Source: an uncultured delta proteobacterium | Lineage (GTDB): Bacteria; Desulfobacterota; Binatia; UBA9968 | Direction of reading: 5' to 3' | Assembly: GCA_963745835.1 (NCBI GenBank) | Contig: CAVUZH010000018.1 | Span: 416,001 to 480,000 of the forward strand | DNA length: 64,000 nucleotides | Shown here: positions 24,432 to 38,201 of the stretch, one piece after another | How positions within the stretch are numbered: position 1 is the first letter of the stretch | Layout: each line of letters begins with the position of its first letter | Program-made: the position numbers and the translations under genes | The notes under the pieces: model-generated | The model's database searches: none | The model's input: only the letters and a program-made list of their open reading frames with translations | What the model was told of the DNA's origin: nothing

Positions 24432-25115
24432 GCCGAGCCATTCAGATTGGAGCCGGCAGCCCGCGCGCGCTCGGAAATGCCTATCTCTGCCGCCGTTACG
24501 AGATCTTGTTTTACACCCTCCTCGCTTACAATCTTGGCGGCTCCGCTTGTCGCCGTTTTAGAGTTGAAGGGAGCGCTGCTCGAGTTACTGCTAGCCGCGA
24601 ATCTGCTTGCGGCGGTGATGCCGATCAGCACCGGCAGAGGTCGGCGCGTTTTGCTCGCCATTTTAGCCGTGCTATGGCTGGCTCGTGCGGCGACCGCATG
24701 GTTTGGTTATCCGGTATTCTCGGCTCTGACACTTGGTCTGTGGGCAGTGCTCGCGATGTTCGCAGCGGGCGGTGCTTTGCGCTTTGCTATGCGAGCCGCA
24801 ACGGTAGATGCGGAGCATCTGTATGCGGCGCTTAGCGCATATCTGCTCGCGGGAATTTTCTTCGGCATCTTCTATTGGGTTCTCGAGCACCTCGGACCGG
24901 GCACATTCACCGCCAACACTGAGTTCTCGCGCATGAGCGCGATCTATTTTAGTTTCGTCACGTTGGCGACGCTTGGCTACGGCGATATCGTCCCGCGCAC
25001 GGACTTGGCCCGGGGTTTTGCCATCGTTGAAGGTGTCGGCGGGCAGCTTTTTTTGGCGGTGCTGGTCGCCCGTTTAGTCAGCCTCTACGCGCGCGAGAAA
25101 ACAGCAGCCGGGTAG
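24428..25115 (+). CDS. Potassium channel family protein (Ion_trans_2), +1 frameshift near 24524
   Basis: YFSFVTLATLGYGDIVP selectivity filter. Confidence 0.85.
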
Positions 25116-25187
25116 TATCCGGACACGTGAGAAAATGTTCAACTAAGCTCGGAGAAAGGGTCGCCGTCATAGTGACGAGGAGGAAAG

Positions 25188-26348
25188 ATGAACTTAAGAA
25201 AAGTCCTCTCTTGGTTGCTTTTAATGGTTCTTTTGGCCGGGTGCAATCCTGCATCGGTCCAGTATCCTGTTGGCTCAACTCCTTATCCTCCTCCTCCGAC
25301 AAGCATTGCCTCAGGCGCCCGGTCCTCCAGCCCCCAATCAGTCCTACAGCCCCAAGCTTCGACTGGATCACAGCGACGTCAATACGCACTGGAAAAGGCC
25401 TTGGAGGGCATGGTTATAGGTGCTGCTCTTGGCGGGATCTATGGAGCAGGAGGGGGTATGGTCCTAGGCTTTCTCACCGGGCTCTTCACCGCCGAGATCT
25501 ATGACGACCAGCTGAATACTCAAATCCAAGCCGAACAAACCAAAGATAAACTGCTGGAAGCGAAGATCGAACAGGAATTGGAGCGTCAGCGACAGATGGA
25601 AGCTCAACTGCTAAATGGCCCAGCAAGTCCGCAGGAAAATCACGCCGGCCTGCCGCCGTCGGCGCTAACCCCGCTTGAGCCAATGGCATCCAATGTCGGG
25701 ATGAACGACGCTTCGAGCACTGTAGCTTCGTTGAGCAAAAAGGAATTTCCTTCAAACCCGACGGGCAGCTCATTTAAGAATTTCGAGATGAGCGACATCA
25801 ATGGCGACGGCGTTCCGGACCGATGGATTTACTACAGCCCGCTTAGGTCCAGCGAGATCGTGCGGCAAGAGGAGGCCAGCCACTTCGATGGCAGAGTTGA
25901 CAGCTGGAGTCATTTCAAAGACGGACGGTTAGTGAGACGTGAAGTCGATACCAAAGGCAAGGGCTTGGCGGACACGGTTTATTATTACGAGAACGAGAAG
26001 ATGGTCAGGGAAGAGCGTGATGACAACGGCACCGGCCGTGTGAGTTTCCGCGCGATCTACCAAAATGGCCGCCGCGTCAAAATAGAGGAAGATACCAGTG
26101 GCCGCGGCAAAATCGACCAATGGATCTATTTTGACTCAAGCAAAGACGGCGAGATTGTCTTGAGGGAAGAAAGGGACCTCAATGGCGACGGGGTGGTTGA
26201 TCTGTGGGCCTATTATGAAGATGGTCGGCTTGTCCGACGCGATGTTAACGCAGTCGCAGCGGAACTCCTGTCCAAACAAGATCGACTCTCTTTTCCGCCG
26301 GGTGATACTAAAAACATTTCGCAGTCCCAACCGGTTAGAGACGACTAA
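25188..26348 (+). CDS. Lipoprotein with glycine zipper, coiled coil and six DxxGxGxxD-type repeats
   Basis: Lipobox LAGC; GAALGGIYGAGGG; DINGDGVPDRW, HFDGRVDSW, DTKGKGLADTV, DDNGTGRVS, DTSGRGKIDQW, DLNGDGVVDLW. Confidence 0.7.
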   Translation: MNLRKVLSWLLLMVLLAGCNPASVQYPVGSTPYPPPPTSIASGARSSSPQSVLQPQASTGSQRRQYALEKALEGMVIGAALGGIYGAGGGMVLGFLTGLFTAEIYDDQLNTQIQAEQTKDKLLEAKIEQELERQRQMEAQLLNGPASPQENHAGLPPSALTPLEPMASNVGMNDASSTVASLSKKEFPSNPTGSSFKNFEMSDINGDGVPDRWIYYSPLRSSEIVRQEEASHFDGRVDSWSHFKDGRLVRREVDTKGKGLADTVYYYENEKMVREERDDNGTGRVSFRAIYQNGRRVKIEEDTSGRGKIDQWIYFDSSKDGEIVLREERDLNGDGVVDLWAYYEDGRLVRRDVNAVAAELLSKQDRLSFPPGDTKNISQSQPVRDD

Positions 26349-26414
26349 GGACGAGCCGAAATCCCTTAACCTTCACACTCAGGCGGCCACAGGGGTTTAA
26401 AAAACGAGGAGTTA

Positions 26415-27791
26415 ATGAACCAAGAAACCGCCGATGCTCTGGTCTTTTTCGGGGCGACTGGAGATCTCGCCTATAAAAAAATATTTCCCGCGCTCCAGGC
26501 GCTGGCCAAGCGCGGCAATCTCGACGTCCCGGTCATCGGTGTCGCCAAAGCTGGATGGACGCTTGATCAACTGAAGTCGCGCGCCCGTGACAGCGTCGAG
26601 AATTATGGCGGGCTTGATCCGGCTGCTTTTGCCCAACTAAGCCGTTGCTTGCGCTACATTGATGGCGACTATGCCGATCCGGCAACCTTTCAACTGCTCC
26701 GGCGGGAGTTGGGCGACGCAGAGCATCCGATGCACTATCTTGCCATCCCGCCGAGCCTCTTCGAGATCGTCATTCATCAACTCGGCGAGTCCGGTTGTGC
26801 TAAGGGCGCGCGCGTCGTCATCGAGAAGCCTTTCGGACACGACTTCGCTACGGCTCAAAAGCTGAATTCAGTGGTACACAGTAGTTTCAATGAAGAAAAC
26901 GTGTTTCGCATCGACCACTACCTGGGCAAAAACACGGTTCAAAATTTGCTTTTCTTCCGCTTTGCAAATTCATTTCTCGAGCCGTTGTGGAATCGGCAGT
27001 TCGTTGAAAGTGTGCAGATCACGATGGCAGAAAATTTCGGCGTCGAGGGTCGTGGCAAGTTTTACGATCAAACGGGCGCCGTGCGCGACGTCGTGCAGAA
27101 CCATCTGCTGCAAGTTCTTTCGAACATTGCCATGGAGCCGCCCCCGGGCCTGGATGCCGAAATGTTGCGGGACGAGAAAGCAAAAGTGCTGAAAGGGATT
27201 CGTCCGCTTCAGCCGCTCGATGTTATACGCGGTCAGTTTCGCGGCTACCGTGATGAGCCGGGGGTCAGCGCAAATTCGCGGGTTGAGACCTTTGTCGCGC
27301 TCAGACTCGAGATCAACTCGTGGCGCTGGAAGGGAGTGCCATTCTATATCCGGGCGGGCAAGTGCCTCCCGGTGACCGCAACAGAAGTACTCGTCAAGTT
27401 GCGCCAGCCGCCGGCGGTTTTCTCCGAGATTGCGCCGCCGCCCAACTACTTCCGTTTCCGTGTAACACCCGATCTGATGATCGCCATCGGCGCGTTGGTG
27501 AAGAAAGCGGGTGAACGTGAAGGGCAACACGTCGAACTTGTCGTCAGCGAGGAATTCGATGCGGCCGAGATGGGAGCTTACGAGGAGCTTTTGTTCGACG
27601 CGATGCGGGGAAATTCGGCCCGTTTTGCACGGCAGGATTACGTCGAAGAGGCATGGCGAATCGTCGATCCAGTTCTGGGCGATGTTGTTCCTGTCTACGA
27701 GTACGAACCCGGCACATGGGGGCCATCAGAGGTGAGTTCGTTGATTGGACCCGACGGGGTTTGGTTTGATCCAAGCTCCAGGCAACCCTGA
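26415..27791 (+). CDS. zwf: Glucose-6-phosphate 1-dehydrogenase
   Basis: [39 protein letters not shown]. Confidence 0.95.
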   Translation: MNQETADALVFFGATGDLAYKKIFPALQALAKRGNLDVPVIGVAKAGWTLDQLKSRARDSVENYGGLDPAAFAQLSRCLRYIDGDYADPATFQLLRRELGDAEHPMHYLAIPPSLFEIVIHQLGESGCAKGARVVIEKPFGHDFATAQKLNSVVHSSFNEENVFRIDHYLGKNTVQNLLFFRFANSFLEPLWNRQFVESVQITMAENFGVEGRGKFYDQTGAVRDVVQNHLLQVLSNIAMEPPPGLDAEMLRDEKAKVLKGIRPLQPLDVIRGQFRGYRDEPGVSANSRVETFVALRLEINSWRWKGVPFYIRAGKCLPVTATEVLVKLRQPPAVFSEIAPPPNYFRFRVTPDLMIAIGALVKKAGEREGQHVELVVSEEFDAAEMGAYEELLFDAMRGNSARFARQDYVEEAWRIVDPVLGDVVPVYEYEPGTWGPSEVSSLIGPDGVWFDPSSRQP

Positions 27792-27890
27792 TAGGATTTA
27801 CCCGCTGAAAAGAGCCAGCACATCCTGACGTGAGCATAATCCACAATCAAGTCGGATCATTTTCATAGACGAATGGGCGCAAACAAGTGT

Positions 27891-28331
27891 CTAGAAGTAA
27901 CGCCGATCAAGCTCCGAGCCCAGCTCTCGAACATGCTTGGCGAAAAACGCGCAAGCGTTTCGGTAAAAAAGAAGGGCAAGTGCCGGCCGGTCCGTAAGCA
28001 ACTGCGCCAGCTTATCGAAAGGTATCCGCACAAGCTGCGTGCGCTCGCGGGCGGTAGCGGTAGCGAACCGTTTGTCCGGCTGGAAAAAAGCGAGTTCCCC
28101 CAGCGTCTGACCGGTTCCCATCGTAACAACCGGCGTTTGTTTTCCTTTGACGACAATGTCGATGGTGCCCATTTCAATTATGAAAATGGCGTCGGCACGT
28201 TGATCGATGTCGTAAGCAAGTTGTCCCGGCAGGAGAACCGTTTGCTCAGTGATTCCCAACAGAGCCGTGAGATCATTGGCGTCTATCCCGCGAAACAAAT
28301 AGGTACCCTTAATCACGTCAGCCTTATTCAT
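27891..28331 (-). CDS. Stand-alone cyclic nucleotide-binding domain protein
   Basis: GQTLGELAFF...RFATATA cNMP signature; no HTH. Confidence 0.8.
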   Translation of the reverse strand: MNKADVIKGTYLFRGIDANDLTALLGITEQTVLLPGQLAYDIDQRADAIFIIEMGTIDIVVKGKQTPVVTMGTGQTLGELAFFQPDKRFATATARERTQLVRIPFDKLAQLLTDRPALALLFYRNACAFFAKHVRELGSELDRRYF

Positions 28332-28449
28332 CAACCATTGTCCCCCAATTTTAATTCGGTCTGTTGTTTGCCAACTATATAACGAGCGGTGTCGCGGCTT
28401 CAACTTGTTCTTCTTAAAGAAACGATATGCCTGGCTCTGCTCGGCATTC

Positions 28450-28469
28450 TATTGGACCAAGGTCCAATA
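28450..28469 (+). promoter_or_regulatory. Palindromic box copy 3, in the divergent region upstream of GH63
   Basis: TATTGGACCAAGGTCCAATA. Confidence 0.85.
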
Positions 28470-28525
28470 GACGCGGTTCGAAGCTTTAGTTTTAGTAAGC
28501 TTTAACTTTAGATAGAAAGCGCGTT

Positions 28526-31304
<2,779 letters not shown>

Positions 31305-31405
31305 AATCCTGTCCTATTTCACATCAACATCCATGCTTATAGTTCGAATCTCCAGGCAAAGCCAGGGAGCACACGGTAACAAATGGCCACTATAGAAGTT
31401 GGCAA

Positions 31406-31792
31406 GTGAATATGAATTGCTCCAACAGAGTGATGCTCTGTGTTCTTCTGCTGAACGTTCTTACACTTTATGGCTGTGAGGACCTGGTGATACGCGACAC
31501 GTCGAGCCTGCTCGCCCCCCGGTTTCAACGGTCTGAGATCTTTGGCCTTGTGGCAGGATTTGGGACGACCTTTGCCGGGGTACCAGACTTAGTGGCAATG
31601 CTCAAGCGGCGCTCATGCGTCGGGATGAACCCGACGATGGCGGGCATCATGGGCGTCTTTCAAATCGCCTGGGTCTACTACGGCTTGTTGATTGTTTCAC
31701 GGCCGGTGATCGTCTGGAACATGATCGGGATTGTGATCAATTTCGTGAACGTCGGCGCGTACCTATATTTCGTTCGCAAAGCAAGGCTGTAA
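31406..31792 (+). CDS. SemiSWEET/PQ-loop-like transporter with N-terminal extension
   Basis: GLVAGFGTTFAGVPDL...WVYYGLLIVSRPVIVWN three-TM core; start codon uncertain. Confidence 0.65.
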   Translation: MNMNCSNRVMLCVLLLNVLTLYGCEDLVIRDTSSLLAPRFQRSEIFGLVAGFGTTFAGVPDLVAMLKRRSCVGMNPTMAGIMGVFQIAWVYYGLLIVSRPVIVWNMIGIVINFVNVGAYLYFVRKARL

Positions 31793-31879
31793 GCAATGGA
31801 GTGAAGGCGGCGGCGAGTTATCTACGAGTTCGTCCCCAGGCAGGGTCGGGAACGAGTAGCAAATCCTTGAGGAATACCA

Positions 31880-33385
31880 ATGGTGCCATCACCACCCTAT
31901 CCTTCGCTTTACCAAATCAATAGCCGCGTCTGGTTGACCGAGCTTTCGCGACAACTTGGTAAGCGCGCGACGTTGGACGATATTCCTGATGCCGAGTTGG
32001 ACCGCCTTGCCGAGCTCGGTTTTGATTGGCTGTGGTTTTTGAGTGTGTGGCAGACCGGGCCGGCGGCGCAGCGGATCTCGCGAGCCAGTCCCGAGTGGCG
32101 CAAGGACTTTGGACAGACGCTGCCGGACTTGCGAGAAGAAGACATCGCCGGCTCCGGATTCGCCATCCAAGATTACATTGTGCATCGCGATCTGGGCGGG
32201 CCGGCGGCGCTCGCACGCTTGCGAGAACGAATGCAAAAAAGTGAACTGAAGTTGATGCTCGATTTTGTTCCGAACCACATGGCCCCGGATCATCCATGGG
32301 TCGACGAGCACCCGGACTATTTCGTCCACGGCAGCGAGACTGATTTGGCGCGCGCGCCCCAGAACTACTGCCGGGTGCAAACCAAAAACGGGCCGGTCGT
32401 GCTCGCCTACGGTCGCGACCCGTACTTTGACGGCTGGCCCGATACGCTGCAGCTCAACTACGGCAACCCACAATTGCAGCAGGCGATGATCGGCGAGTTG
32501 GAGAGCATCGCCGGTCAATGCGATGGCGTGCGTTGCGATATGGCCATGCTGATCTTGCCCGATGTGTTCGAAAGCACTTGGGGCATCCGCACTGATCTCT
32601 TCTGGCCAAAAGCAACGGAGCGAGTGCGCAAAGCATCTCCGGGTTTTTGTTTTATGGCCGAGGTCTACTGGGACCGGGAATGGACAATGCAGCAACAGGG
32701 ATTCGATTACACCTATGACAAACGGCTGTACGATCGGCTGCACGAGGGGCACGCCCGCCCAGTGCGCGAGCATTTCCACGCGGGCTTGGATTACCAGAAC
32801 AAAATGGCGCGCTTCATGGAAAACCACGACGAGCCGCGTGCGGCCGCGACATTCTCACCCGAAGTTCATCAAGCTGCCGCTGTCATTACGCTCCTGTCGC
32901 CGGGATTGCGCTTCTTTCATCAAGGGCAATTCGAAGGGCGAAGGAAACGTATCTCGCCCCATCTGGTCCGAGGGCCAGACGAGCCCATCGATCAGAACCT
33001 TAAGCATTTCTACGACAAGCTGCTTGCCGTGCTGCGCCGTCCAGTGATACGCGACGGCCAGTGGCAATTGCTCGAATGCAAATCCGCCTGGGATGGAAAC
33101 TGGACGTCGGATTGTTTCCTCGCAAGCTTCTGGCAAGGAGTGCAAGGAGTGAATGACGAACACTTGCTGGTTGTAGTGAATTACGCCGCCAATCAGAGTC
33201 AGTGCTATATCCGCATTCCCCTTCCCAATCTGCGGGCGCAGCGATGGCGGCTGGAAGATTTACTGGGTGACGCACGATACGATCGGGACGGCAATGAACT
33301 CGATTCGCGTGGACTCTATCTAGACGTGCGTCCGTGGCAAGCGCATGTTTTCTCCCTGACGCAAGTGAAAGAAGGATCGGCATAA
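31880..33385 (+). CDS. GH13 alpha-amylase family protein
   Basis: LDFVPNH, DGVRCDMAM, AEVYW, FMENHDE catalytic regions. Confidence 0.88.
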   Translation: MVPSPPYPSLYQINSRVWLTELSRQLGKRATLDDIPDAELDRLAELGFDWLWFLSVWQTGPAAQRISRASPEWRKDFGQTLPDLREEDIAGSGFAIQDYIVHRDLGGPAALARLRERMQKSELKLMLDFVPNHMAPDHPWVDEHPDYFVHGSETDLARAPQNYCRVQTKNGPVVLAYGRDPYFDGWPDTLQLNYGNPQLQQAMIGELESIAGQCDGVRCDMAMLILPDVFESTWGIRTDLFWPKATERVRKASPGFCFMAEVYWDREWTMQQQGFDYTYDKRLYDRLHEGHARPVREHFHAGLDYQNKMARFMENHDEPRAAATFSPEVHQAAAVITLLSPGLRFFHQGQFEGRRKRISPHLVRGPDEPIDQNLKHFYDKLLAVLRRPVIRDGQWQLLECKSAWDGNWTSDCFLASFWQGVQGVNDEHLLVVVNYAANQSQCYIRIPLPNLRAQRWRLEDLLGDARYDRDGNELDSRGLYLDVRPWQAHVFSLTQVKEGSA

Positions 33386-33440
33386 GAGATGAGTGATAGG
33401 TGTGGAGCGTTGGTGAAGACCGACTTTGGTTTAGTGTCGG

Positions 33441-34304
33441 GTGAAGCCGTGGTGGAGCTACATCGTGAGCGAGCCGAGATATTCTACTCCGTTCGTTAAG
33501 TCGATTTTCCATCCCTCGGATTTTTCCGCGGCGAGCGAGCTGGCATTTGCCCATGCGCTTGCCATCGCTCTAATAAGAGAGACCGAATTAGTCATCATGC
33601 ATGCGCGCCGGGGGGAACGAGAAGATTGGTCCCGGTTCCCGGCGGTTCGAAAGACTCTCGCGCGGTGGCGGGTGATCGAGCCAGGAACCCTACCCACCGA
33701 CGTTTTTAAACAGCTCGGGGTACTTATCACAAAGGTGAGCACAGGGGGCGATCCGGTGCAATCGAGCATGCGCCAAATCGAGAAGCAAAAGCCGGACTTG
33801 GTGGTCCTCGCCACACGCGGACGTTACGGCTTGCCTCTTTGGCTTAAACCGTCGGTAGCTCAGGCGATTGCTCGGCGGACCGATGCGATGACCCTTTTTG
33901 TGCCCCGCGGATGCCGCGGTATCGTGTCGCCGGAGGGTGTCGTCGTTCGGTTGCGCCGCATTCTCTTGCCGGTCGACGACCAGCCGGAGCCCTACGAGGC
34001 TTTGATTCGGGCGACCCGCGCTGCCGAAGCCTTTGGCGATGAAGCGGTAGAAATCGTGCTCCTTCACGTGAACGGCAGCGGATTCCCGCAGTTCAGTCGA
34101 CCGGAGGGCAAAGCCTGGGTATGCAAGGAGCTGCGCCGCGAGGGCGACGTCGTGTCGGTGATACTAAAGGAAGCCGAGGATAGTGATCTTATCGTCATGG
34201 CCACGGAAGGCGAGCAGGGCATCATCGATGCTATGCGCGGCAGTGTGACCGAGCGCGTCGTCCGTGGCGCCCCATGCCCGGTGCTGGCCGTACCCATTAG
34301 GTGA
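33441..34304 (+). CDS. Tandem-domain universal stress protein
   Basis: IFHPSDFS, DLVVLATRG, ILLPVD, GSVTERVVRGAPCPVLAVP. Confidence 0.88.
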   Translation: MKPWWSYIVSEPRYSTPFVKSIFHPSDFSAASELAFAHALAIALIRETELVIMHARRGEREDWSRFPAVRKTLARWRVIEPGTLPTDVFKQLGVLITKVSTGGDPVQSSMRQIEKQKPDLVVLATRGRYGLPLWLKPSVAQAIARRTDAMTLFVPRGCRGIVSPEGVVVRLRRILLPVDDQPEPYEALIRATRAAEAFGDEAVEIVLLHVNGSGFPQFSRPEGKAWVCKELRREGDVVSVILKEAEDSDLIVMATEGEQGIIDAMRGSVTERVVRGAPCPVLAVPIR

Positions 34305-34482
34305 GGGCCGATATTTATCGGGGCGCATGGGGCACCCGTGTCGACTGGGCTCGAACCAGCGCTGATGCTAACACTCTCAAGCTCGAGCTGAGCAGGTATC
34401 TTCATTTTTTCGACATTGGCTATTCAATCCTCCCAACGATCGATGCCATTCCGATTGTAGCCTTTGAACCTGCGAGGCTTGA

Positions 34483-34502
34483 TGTTGTCCTAAAGTCCAA
34501 TA
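34483..34502 (+). promoter_or_regulatory. Degenerate palindromic box copy 4, upstream of patatin
   Basis: TGTTGTCCTAAAGTCCAATA (right half-site perfect). Confidence 0.55.
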
Positions 34503-34546
34503 GACGGTTTTTCGGCGCGCGGTAATCTAACTCCTCGGAGAAGCCT

Positions 34547-35950
34547 ATGCGAGCGAAAACATCTTTGATCCTTTGCACGGGTGTCGTGCTTGGCGCTGCG
34601 CTGGTCACACGGCGTTTCCTCTCATTGCTCGGAGTAATCAGCGGACGGTCACTGTGGGGCTATGGCGCCTCAGTACAACGCCCCCGAATTGTGGCGGAAA
34701 ATCTTCGGCGCAGCACGCCCGAGGAGCAGTCCGAAGCAGCCCGCGAGTTGCTCGGCCGCCTGGTTAAACGCATTAAGGCCAAGTACGACCAGTATGCGGC
34801 CGACGGCCGGAAAGAACCACCGGCGGTCGACATCCTGATCATCTCAGGTGGGGGCGACTGGGGAGCCTTCGGCGCGGGATTTCTCAAAGGTTGGCACAAG
34901 GTGCCAGTGTCTCATCCGCTGGCCAAGCCGGAATTCGACGCCGTAACTGGCGTAAGCACAGGGACGCTGATCGCTCCGTTCGCATTTTTGGGTGACGAGC
35001 AGTCGATCGAGCAGATCCTAAACATGTATCGCAACCCGAAGAAGGACTGGGTGAAGCAGCGCGGATACCTTTATTTTTTGCCGGACAACATTTCGTTCGC
35101 CGAGATACCTGGACTGGAGCGCGAGATACGCCACCACATCACCGTGGACATGCTTGGCCGGGTCGCGAAAGCGGGCGCCGACGGTCGTCTTTTGTTAGTC
35201 AACACGACCGAGCTTGACGTAGGACAGCCGCGGGTGTTCGACCTGGTGGCGGAAGCGCAGCGGGCTGCCGATTCCGCAGAGCTTGATCGCGTTCACAACA
35301 TTATGCTCGCCTCGGCGGGAATTCCTGGCGCGTTTCCGTTCCGCATGATCGACGGAGAGCTCTACGTCGACGGTGGGGTGACGGGAAACATCATCTACGG
35401 CGGGCGAATAGCGGAAGAGGACAGCCTGCCGGCCCTATGGCAGAAAGCTTATCCGAATCACCCCGGTCCTAAGTTTCGCTTCTGGGTGATTTTCAACAAT
35501 CAGTTCCGGCCGGTGCCTACACTGGTGGCGCTTAACTGGCCGGCAGTCATTCAACGTAGCCTGGAGACATCCACGCGGGCAGCTACAGCGACTGCGGTGC
35601 GGCATCTCTTCGCAATGGCCGAGATCTCACGGCTCAAGCGGAAGGCCGATGTGGAGGTGCGTATCGTGTCAATTCCCGGCGATTGGATTCCGCCCGCGCA
35701 GACACCGTTCGATAAAGAGACCATGAACAATCTCGCGGATCTCGGCGAAAAGATGGGCGCGGACCCGGCAAGCTGGAGCAGCGAGCCGCGCGAACTTCCA
35801 GTGCGCAGCACGTTAGCCAAGCTGGAACGAAACCATCCTGACGAAGCCGTCGCGATTGTTCGATCTGGTGACTTTGGTGGCGAACCGGGGAGCTGGGCGC
35901 CGGAACGCCGTGATCGCAAAAAACTGAACAAAGAAAGGGCCGGTCAATGA
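34547..35950 (+). CDS. Patatin-like phospholipase
   Basis: SGGGDWGAFG, GVSTG nucleophile elbow, VDGG. Confidence 0.85.
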   Translation: MRAKTSLILCTGVVLGAALVTRRFLSLLGVISGRSLWGYGASVQRPRIVAENLRRSTPEEQSEAARELLGRLVKRIKAKYDQYAADGRKEPPAVDILIISGGGDWGAFGAGFLKGWHKVPVSHPLAKPEFDAVTGVSTGTLIAPFAFLGDEQSIEQILNMYRNPKKDWVKQRGYLYFLPDNISFAEIPGLEREIRHHITVDMLGRVAKAGADGRLLLVNTTELDVGQPRVFDLVAEAQRAADSAELDRVHNIMLASAGIPGAFPFRMIDGELYVDGGVTGNIIYGGRIAEEDSLPALWQKAYPNHPGPKFRFWVIFNNQFRPVPTLVALNWPAVIQRSLETSTRAATATAVRHLFAMAEISRLKRKADVEVRIVSIPGDWIPPAQTPFDKETMNNLADLGEKMGADPASWSSEPRELPVRSTLAKLERNHPDEAVAIVRSGDFGGEPGSWAPERRDRKKLNKERAGQ

Positions 35951-36537
35951 AAAATTTCTATAAATCCGTGGGGAGCACGTTCCTTGGCGGCTTGCTCATC
36001 GTAGTGCCGCTTTACCTATCTGTTTTGCTGGCGCTCAAGGCGATGCAATCGGTAGTGGGTTTGGTGCGTCCGTTCGCCAGGTTGCTCCCGGAATGGCTTC
36101 CCGCTGAAAATCTCCTTTCTTTACTTTTGGTGTTGATTGTCTGTTTCCTCATCGGCGTCGCGATACGCACGCCTCCAGGGCGCGCGATGCGGGAGCGAAT
36201 CGAGAAATCTCTTTTCGAAAGGATGCCAGGCTATGCACTCATTCGGAGTCTGACTCAAAGACTGGCGGGAAAGGATGAGGAGAATGTGTGGAAGCCGGCC
36301 CTGGCCGAGATTGAGGATGCTCTCGTCCCCGCGTTCATCATTGAAGAGTTGGAAGACGGGCGTTTCACCATTTTCGTGCCCTCGGTGCCCACGCCGTTCG
36401 CTGGAGCCGTCTATATTCTTAGCCGGGAACGGGTGCATCCCCTGAATGTCCCCTTTACACAGGCGCTCAAGTCGGTCTCTCAGTGGGGATCAGGTTCAAA
36501 GGACCTTGTCGCGGCAATAACACCGAGAACACTTTGA
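35947..36537 (+). CDS. DUF502-family membrane protein
   Basis: GLLIVVPL, ERMPGYALIR, FVPSVPTPFAG. Confidence 0.75.
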   Translation: MKNFYKSVGSTFLGGLLIVVPLYLSVLLALKAMQSVVGLVRPFARLLPEWLPAENLLSLLLVLIVCFLIGVAIRTPPGRAMRERIEKSLFERMPGYALIRSLTQRLAGKDEENVWKPALAEIEDALVPAFIIEELEDGRFTIFVPSVPTPFAGAVYILSRERVHPLNVPFTQALKSVSQWGSGSKDLVAAITPRTL

Positions 36538-36658
36538 AATGGGAACATTCTGAGACGAAATCGCACGGCAAGTGAAGTATAAGGATTCATGGTCTGCAAC
36601 GAAACGCTTAAAATTGAAAAGCTCCATGCTCCGAGACTACTAGCACTCCGACTTTTCG

Positions 36659-36678
36659 TATTGCCCCAAAGTCCAATA
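36659..36678 (+). promoter_or_regulatory. Palindromic box copy 5
   Basis: TATTGCCCCAAAGTCCAATA (2 mismatches to consensus). Confidence 0.7.
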
Positions 36679-36821
36679 GAAGGTTCTTCGTCGAGCGCGC
36701 TATTCATACTTCCGGAAAAGAGCATCATCGCTGATCGCGCGGCTGCGAGCTTTCAATTCCAGTGACAACTCTTTGATGATGATGTTCGCAAGGCTGAACA
36801 TGCGACCAAGAGCCAAAGCCA

Positions 36822-38033
36822 GTGACGTCCCCGGCTTCGATGTTCCAGGACAATCTATTTCCAGAACGGCAGGATTTCTCGCTGGTGCTGGGCGGGCCGT
36901 TATTTCAGCTTCTGCGCCGTAGTCATCTGGCGGGAGACGCGCTGGAATTGCTCCGACAACGGATCCTGCTGATCACGCTGCTCGCTTGGTTGCCGCTACT
37001 CGTGCTTTCGCTTATCGAAGGAGAGGCGTTGGGCGGCCGCGCCGCCGTGCCCTTCCTGTTGGACATCGAAGTACATGTCCGGTTTCTTATTGCGCTGCCG
37101 CTGCTGATCATTGCCGAGCTGATCGTGCACCAACGCATGCGTTTTGTGGTCCGGCAATTTCTCGAGCGCAATTTAATTCCTCAAAGTGCGCTGCCACGCT
37201 TCGAGAAGGCCATTGCTTCGGCCTTTCGCCTGCGCAATTCGCTGCTCGCCGAGGTGCTGCTGATCGCGTTCGTATATGCGGTCGGTATCCTGCTTATCTG
37301 GCGTCATTACGTGGCGCTTTCCACTGACACATGGTACGCGGTGCCGACCGCCGAGGGGTTGAAGCTCTCGATGACGGGCGCTTGGTATGGCTACGTGAGC
37401 CTGCCGATCTACCAATTTTTGCTGGTGCGATGGTACTACCGGATGTTTATTTGGAGTCGCTTTCTCTGGCACGTGTCACGCATTGAGTTGAGCATCGTGC
37501 CCACGCATCCGGACCGCGTCGGTGGCTTGGGATTTCTGGCCAACACGGTTTACGCCTTCATGCCGCTGGCGGTGGCGCACGGTGCGATGCTCGCGGGACC
37601 GATCGCCAATCGTATTTTCTATCTCGGGGCCACGCTGCCTGAGTGGAAGGTCGAGATCGGCGTCCTGGTCGTCTTTCTGGTGTGCCTGGTCCTTGGTCCG
37701 CTATTGGTGTTCGCACCTCAGCTTGCTCAGGCGAAGCGGACCGGCAATCGCGAATATGGCACGCTTGCCGAGCGTTATGTGCGCGAGTTCGATGCCAAGT
37801 GGTTGCGCGGTGGAGCGCCCGCAGACGAGCCTTTGGTCGGCAGCGCCGACATCCAGTCGTTGGCGGATCTGGCCAATAGTTTCGAAGTGGTGCGTACAAT
37901 GCAGATCGCCCCGATAACAAGAGACAGCTTGCTTCGGCTGGTGGCTGCGACTCTTGCGCCGATTGTACCGCTGGCGCTCACCATGATGCCTTTTGAGGAA
38001 CTGCTGCGGAAGTTGCTCGGCGTTTTGTTCTAG
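36822..38033 (+). CDS. Hypothetical polytopic membrane protein
   Basis: Long ORF with several TM segments; FSLVLGGPL, PTHPDRVGGLGFL, DIQSLADL motifs. Confidence 0.7.
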   Translation: MTSPASMFQDNLFPERQDFSLVLGGPLFQLLRRSHLAGDALELLRQRILLITLLAWLPLLVLSLIEGEALGGRAAVPFLLDIEVHVRFLIALPLLIIAELIVHQRMRFVVRQFLERNLIPQSALPRFEKAIASAFRLRNSLLAEVLLIAFVYAVGILLIWRHYVALSTDTWYAVPTAEGLKLSMTGAWYGYVSLPIYQFLLVRWYYRMFIWSRFLWHVSRIELSIVPTHPDRVGGLGFLANTVYAFMPLAVAHGAMLAGPIANRIFYLGATLPEWKVEIGVLVVFLVCLVLGPLLVFAPQLAQAKRTGNREYGTLAERYVREFDAKWLRGGAPADEPLVGSADIQSLADLANSFEVVRTMQIAPITRDSLLRLVAATLAPIVPLALTMMPFEELLRKLLGVLF

Positions 38034-38071
38034 TACGAACCTGGACTCATGGATGGTGGAATCACACCAAC

Positions 38072-38172
38072 TGGAATGTTGGAACGATGGAGTCATGGAA
38101 CGTTGAAGACTGCCTTGATCATGCGCTGGCGCGGCGAACGATGTTCCACTATTCCAGTCTTCCAGCATCCCA
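38072..38172. repeat. Hairpin with 8-bp periodic arms (TGGAAxxx / TTCCAxxx)
   Basis: TGGAATGT-TGGAACGA-TGGAGTCA-TGGAACGT ... TTCCACTA-TTCCAGTC-TTCCAGCA-TCCCA. Confidence 0.7.
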
Positions 38173-38201
38173 CATTGGTGGCGCACCAGAGCAGGATACC
38201 G

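Noticed and set aside
33417-33436. Possible tenth box on the minus strand (core ACCAAAGTC) upstream of the USP gene
   Set aside because: Only the 9-bp core matches; the flanks are not palindromic and the orientation is opposite to all other copies.
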